64,000 bases of DNA from Trichoplax adhaerens. Lineage: Eukaryota > Animalia > Placozoa. Location of the stretch: the NCBI RefSeq assembly GCF_000150275.1, contig NW_002060943.1:9828209-9892208 (forward strand). The letters run 5' to 3'. Positions 62,125-64,000 of the stretch are shown here, in pieces. The position numbers and the translations under genes are program-made. How positions within the stretch are numbered: position 1 is the first letter of the stretch; each line of letters starts with the position of its first letter. Below the pieces are notes generated by a model that saw only the letters and a program-made list of their open reading frames with translations, did not search any database and was not told the DNA's origin.

Positions 62125-62730
62125 GACTACAGTAAAAGTACAGTACTGTACTGTACTGTACATCTAACAAGGCACAATATTGTATCTACTGTACCTTACA
62201 ACTATTCATCACTCAAATTTACAGTACTGTATATCTTCGGGTATGATACTAAAGTACAGTTACAACGAAAGATTGATTTGTTTCCAAATGAGTACTGTAG
62301 AATCCGACTTGCTTTTGTCGTGGCGATCAACAAATCACAATGTCAAACTCTTGCAAAATTAATTTACACTTTAAAAACTCCAATATTTCGCTTGGTCAAC
62401 ATTTATATACAGTATACTGTACTACAGAAAACAACCAAATACATTATTGCGTATGGGTAAAAAAGAGCGCGTTTATTTAAAACCATACAGTACAATGGGA
62501 CGTCGATACTATCAATGAAGACTGGCACTGACGTACAGTACAGTACAGTACTGTATTTCTGTACAAACTCGCCACACCCGAGAACATGCAATTTAATTAA
62601 TTTAAAGTTGGCATACTTTTACTGTACTGTACTGTACAGTACTCAAAAAGATTTTGCCCACGACTGTAATGTACAGTACTGTAAATTATACTGTAATTAT
62701 TGTAATTCATAATACGGTACTGTACTTACT
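62125..62730. repeat. TA(CAG/CTG)TA arrays around and within the Helitron relic
   Basis: Clusters at 62128-62162, 62407-62427, 62533-62563 and 62620-62725. Confidence 0.8.
62250..62420 (+). pseudogene. Decayed Helitron RepHel / PIF1-type helicase C-terminal fragment
   Basis: FP....IRLAFVVAINKSQCQTLAKLIYTLKTPIF, then frameshifted SLGQ(H)LY. Compare the Helitron helicase consensus FPVRLAFAMTINKSQGQTL...L..PVFSHGQLY. The G-to-C change in the KSQGQ motif and the frameshift indicate decay. Confidence 0.75.
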
Positions 62731-64000
62731 TTTTACGTGTTGAAGAATTCAGGATTTACTCCTGTAATGGCTGTTTTAGCTGCTTCGCTAAGTCATAATA
62801 AAATCTTAGTTAATTTGCCTTTAAATAACACTAATCATCTATGGATGACTAAATATAGAAGATTACTCCGAGTCCACTGCACTAGAGCTGTTAAAGAAGG
62901 GGTATGGGAATACATATAAATAATAATAATCAAATTTGAAGTTGAAACTTCGTTTTGAAGTCAGATCTCATGCCTTGCGATTACTGTGTAGCCGTGAAGT
63001 TTCGCTTTCTCATACGTGTTTTATAATTAATTATCTATCTATCTATCTAACTATATAAACAATTAATACTACAAATTATACTGCGTATAATTGGTGCGGC
63101 TAAATGTAATCTGATGTAAGGACTGAAAATCTGTCTGCTACTTGCACAATGTAAAATCGTATGCATCGTGCATCCATAAGGGTAAATAAATGATATAGTT
63201 CAAATGCAGCATATGAGTTTGCAAAGCAGTCAACATTTTGTAATTGATTATGTGTTTACACTCATAATTCTGCCGACTGCTCTTGGCTTTAGTACAAATT
63301 GAAAGTCCTTTATTTATTTTAAAACGCGATATACGTACATTACGATACGGATCTTTAATTCATCATACAATATTGCAACATACAGTATTTCGATTTAATG
63401 TCCTTTTAGTGTACTATATATTCGTAAGCTTATATAACATTTGCTCAAAGTAAGAGTTTTAGGTTATCCAATACCGTAAATTATGAGATGAGAAAGCTTA
63501 AGTACTCAAAATATTTATCTAAAATATAATCTGCTACTCTGTATGGTAATACATCTATGTTCATCATTTACTGCAGTGCATATGGCCTTTTACAATTAAG
63601 TGTAAAACGAAACAGATAGCATAACATCCTGTGGTTTTGAGATATTCTCAGTGTACTGATATCTCTGTAGCCAACATGTCAAATAAGCATAATTTTACTC
63701 AGGTTGGAGCCAAGGAGTTATAGACCATGGATAGAACACTATATCACTAATTATATTGTTTGCAGCTCTCTTTAAGCTTAATTATAAGACATAATGTGGT
63801 TATTGCATCTTAGATTATAGTACTGAGGATTTAAATTTGCCAATACACACGGTACTACTACATACTAGAAGCGTTTTTTTTCCAAGATTAGAACAGATTT
63901 GTGATTTTACTAAAAATCTTAGGATATGAATAAGAAAAAGAAGTTCTACGTGTTACCAATGTTTCCCTATCCATCTGGTACACTACACATGGGTCATGTG

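Noticed and set aside
63031-63050. (ATCT)n microsatellite
   Set aside because: Only about 4 units; unremarkable.

Overview
AT-rich, gene-dense, intron-rich eukaryotic (animal) DNA with short GT-AG introns. The style and gene content fit an early-branching metazoan, most likely a placozoan such as Trichoplax; this is inference only. Ten spliced protein-coding genes were reconstructed by hand: CFAP100/CCDC37 (-, runs off the left edge), CaMKI (+), STAT (-), Rab7 (-), an unnamed 151-aa transmembrane + death-domain protein (+), NDUFB11/ESSS (-), EEA1 (+), DCP1 (-), PEX26 (-) and a synaptophysin-family MARVEL protein (+). There is also a decayed Helitron/PIF1 helicase fragment, a TA-flanked MITE-like foldback and two Tc1-like TIR remnants. 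The most striking non-coding signal is dense arrays of TA(CAG|CTG)TA units in mixed orientation at nearly every gene 5' end. Their grammar matches cumulative Tc1/mariner excision footprints. Most ORF-track entries rich in YSTVLYCTV are artefacts of these arrays. Exon boundaries were read by eye and may be off by a few nt.
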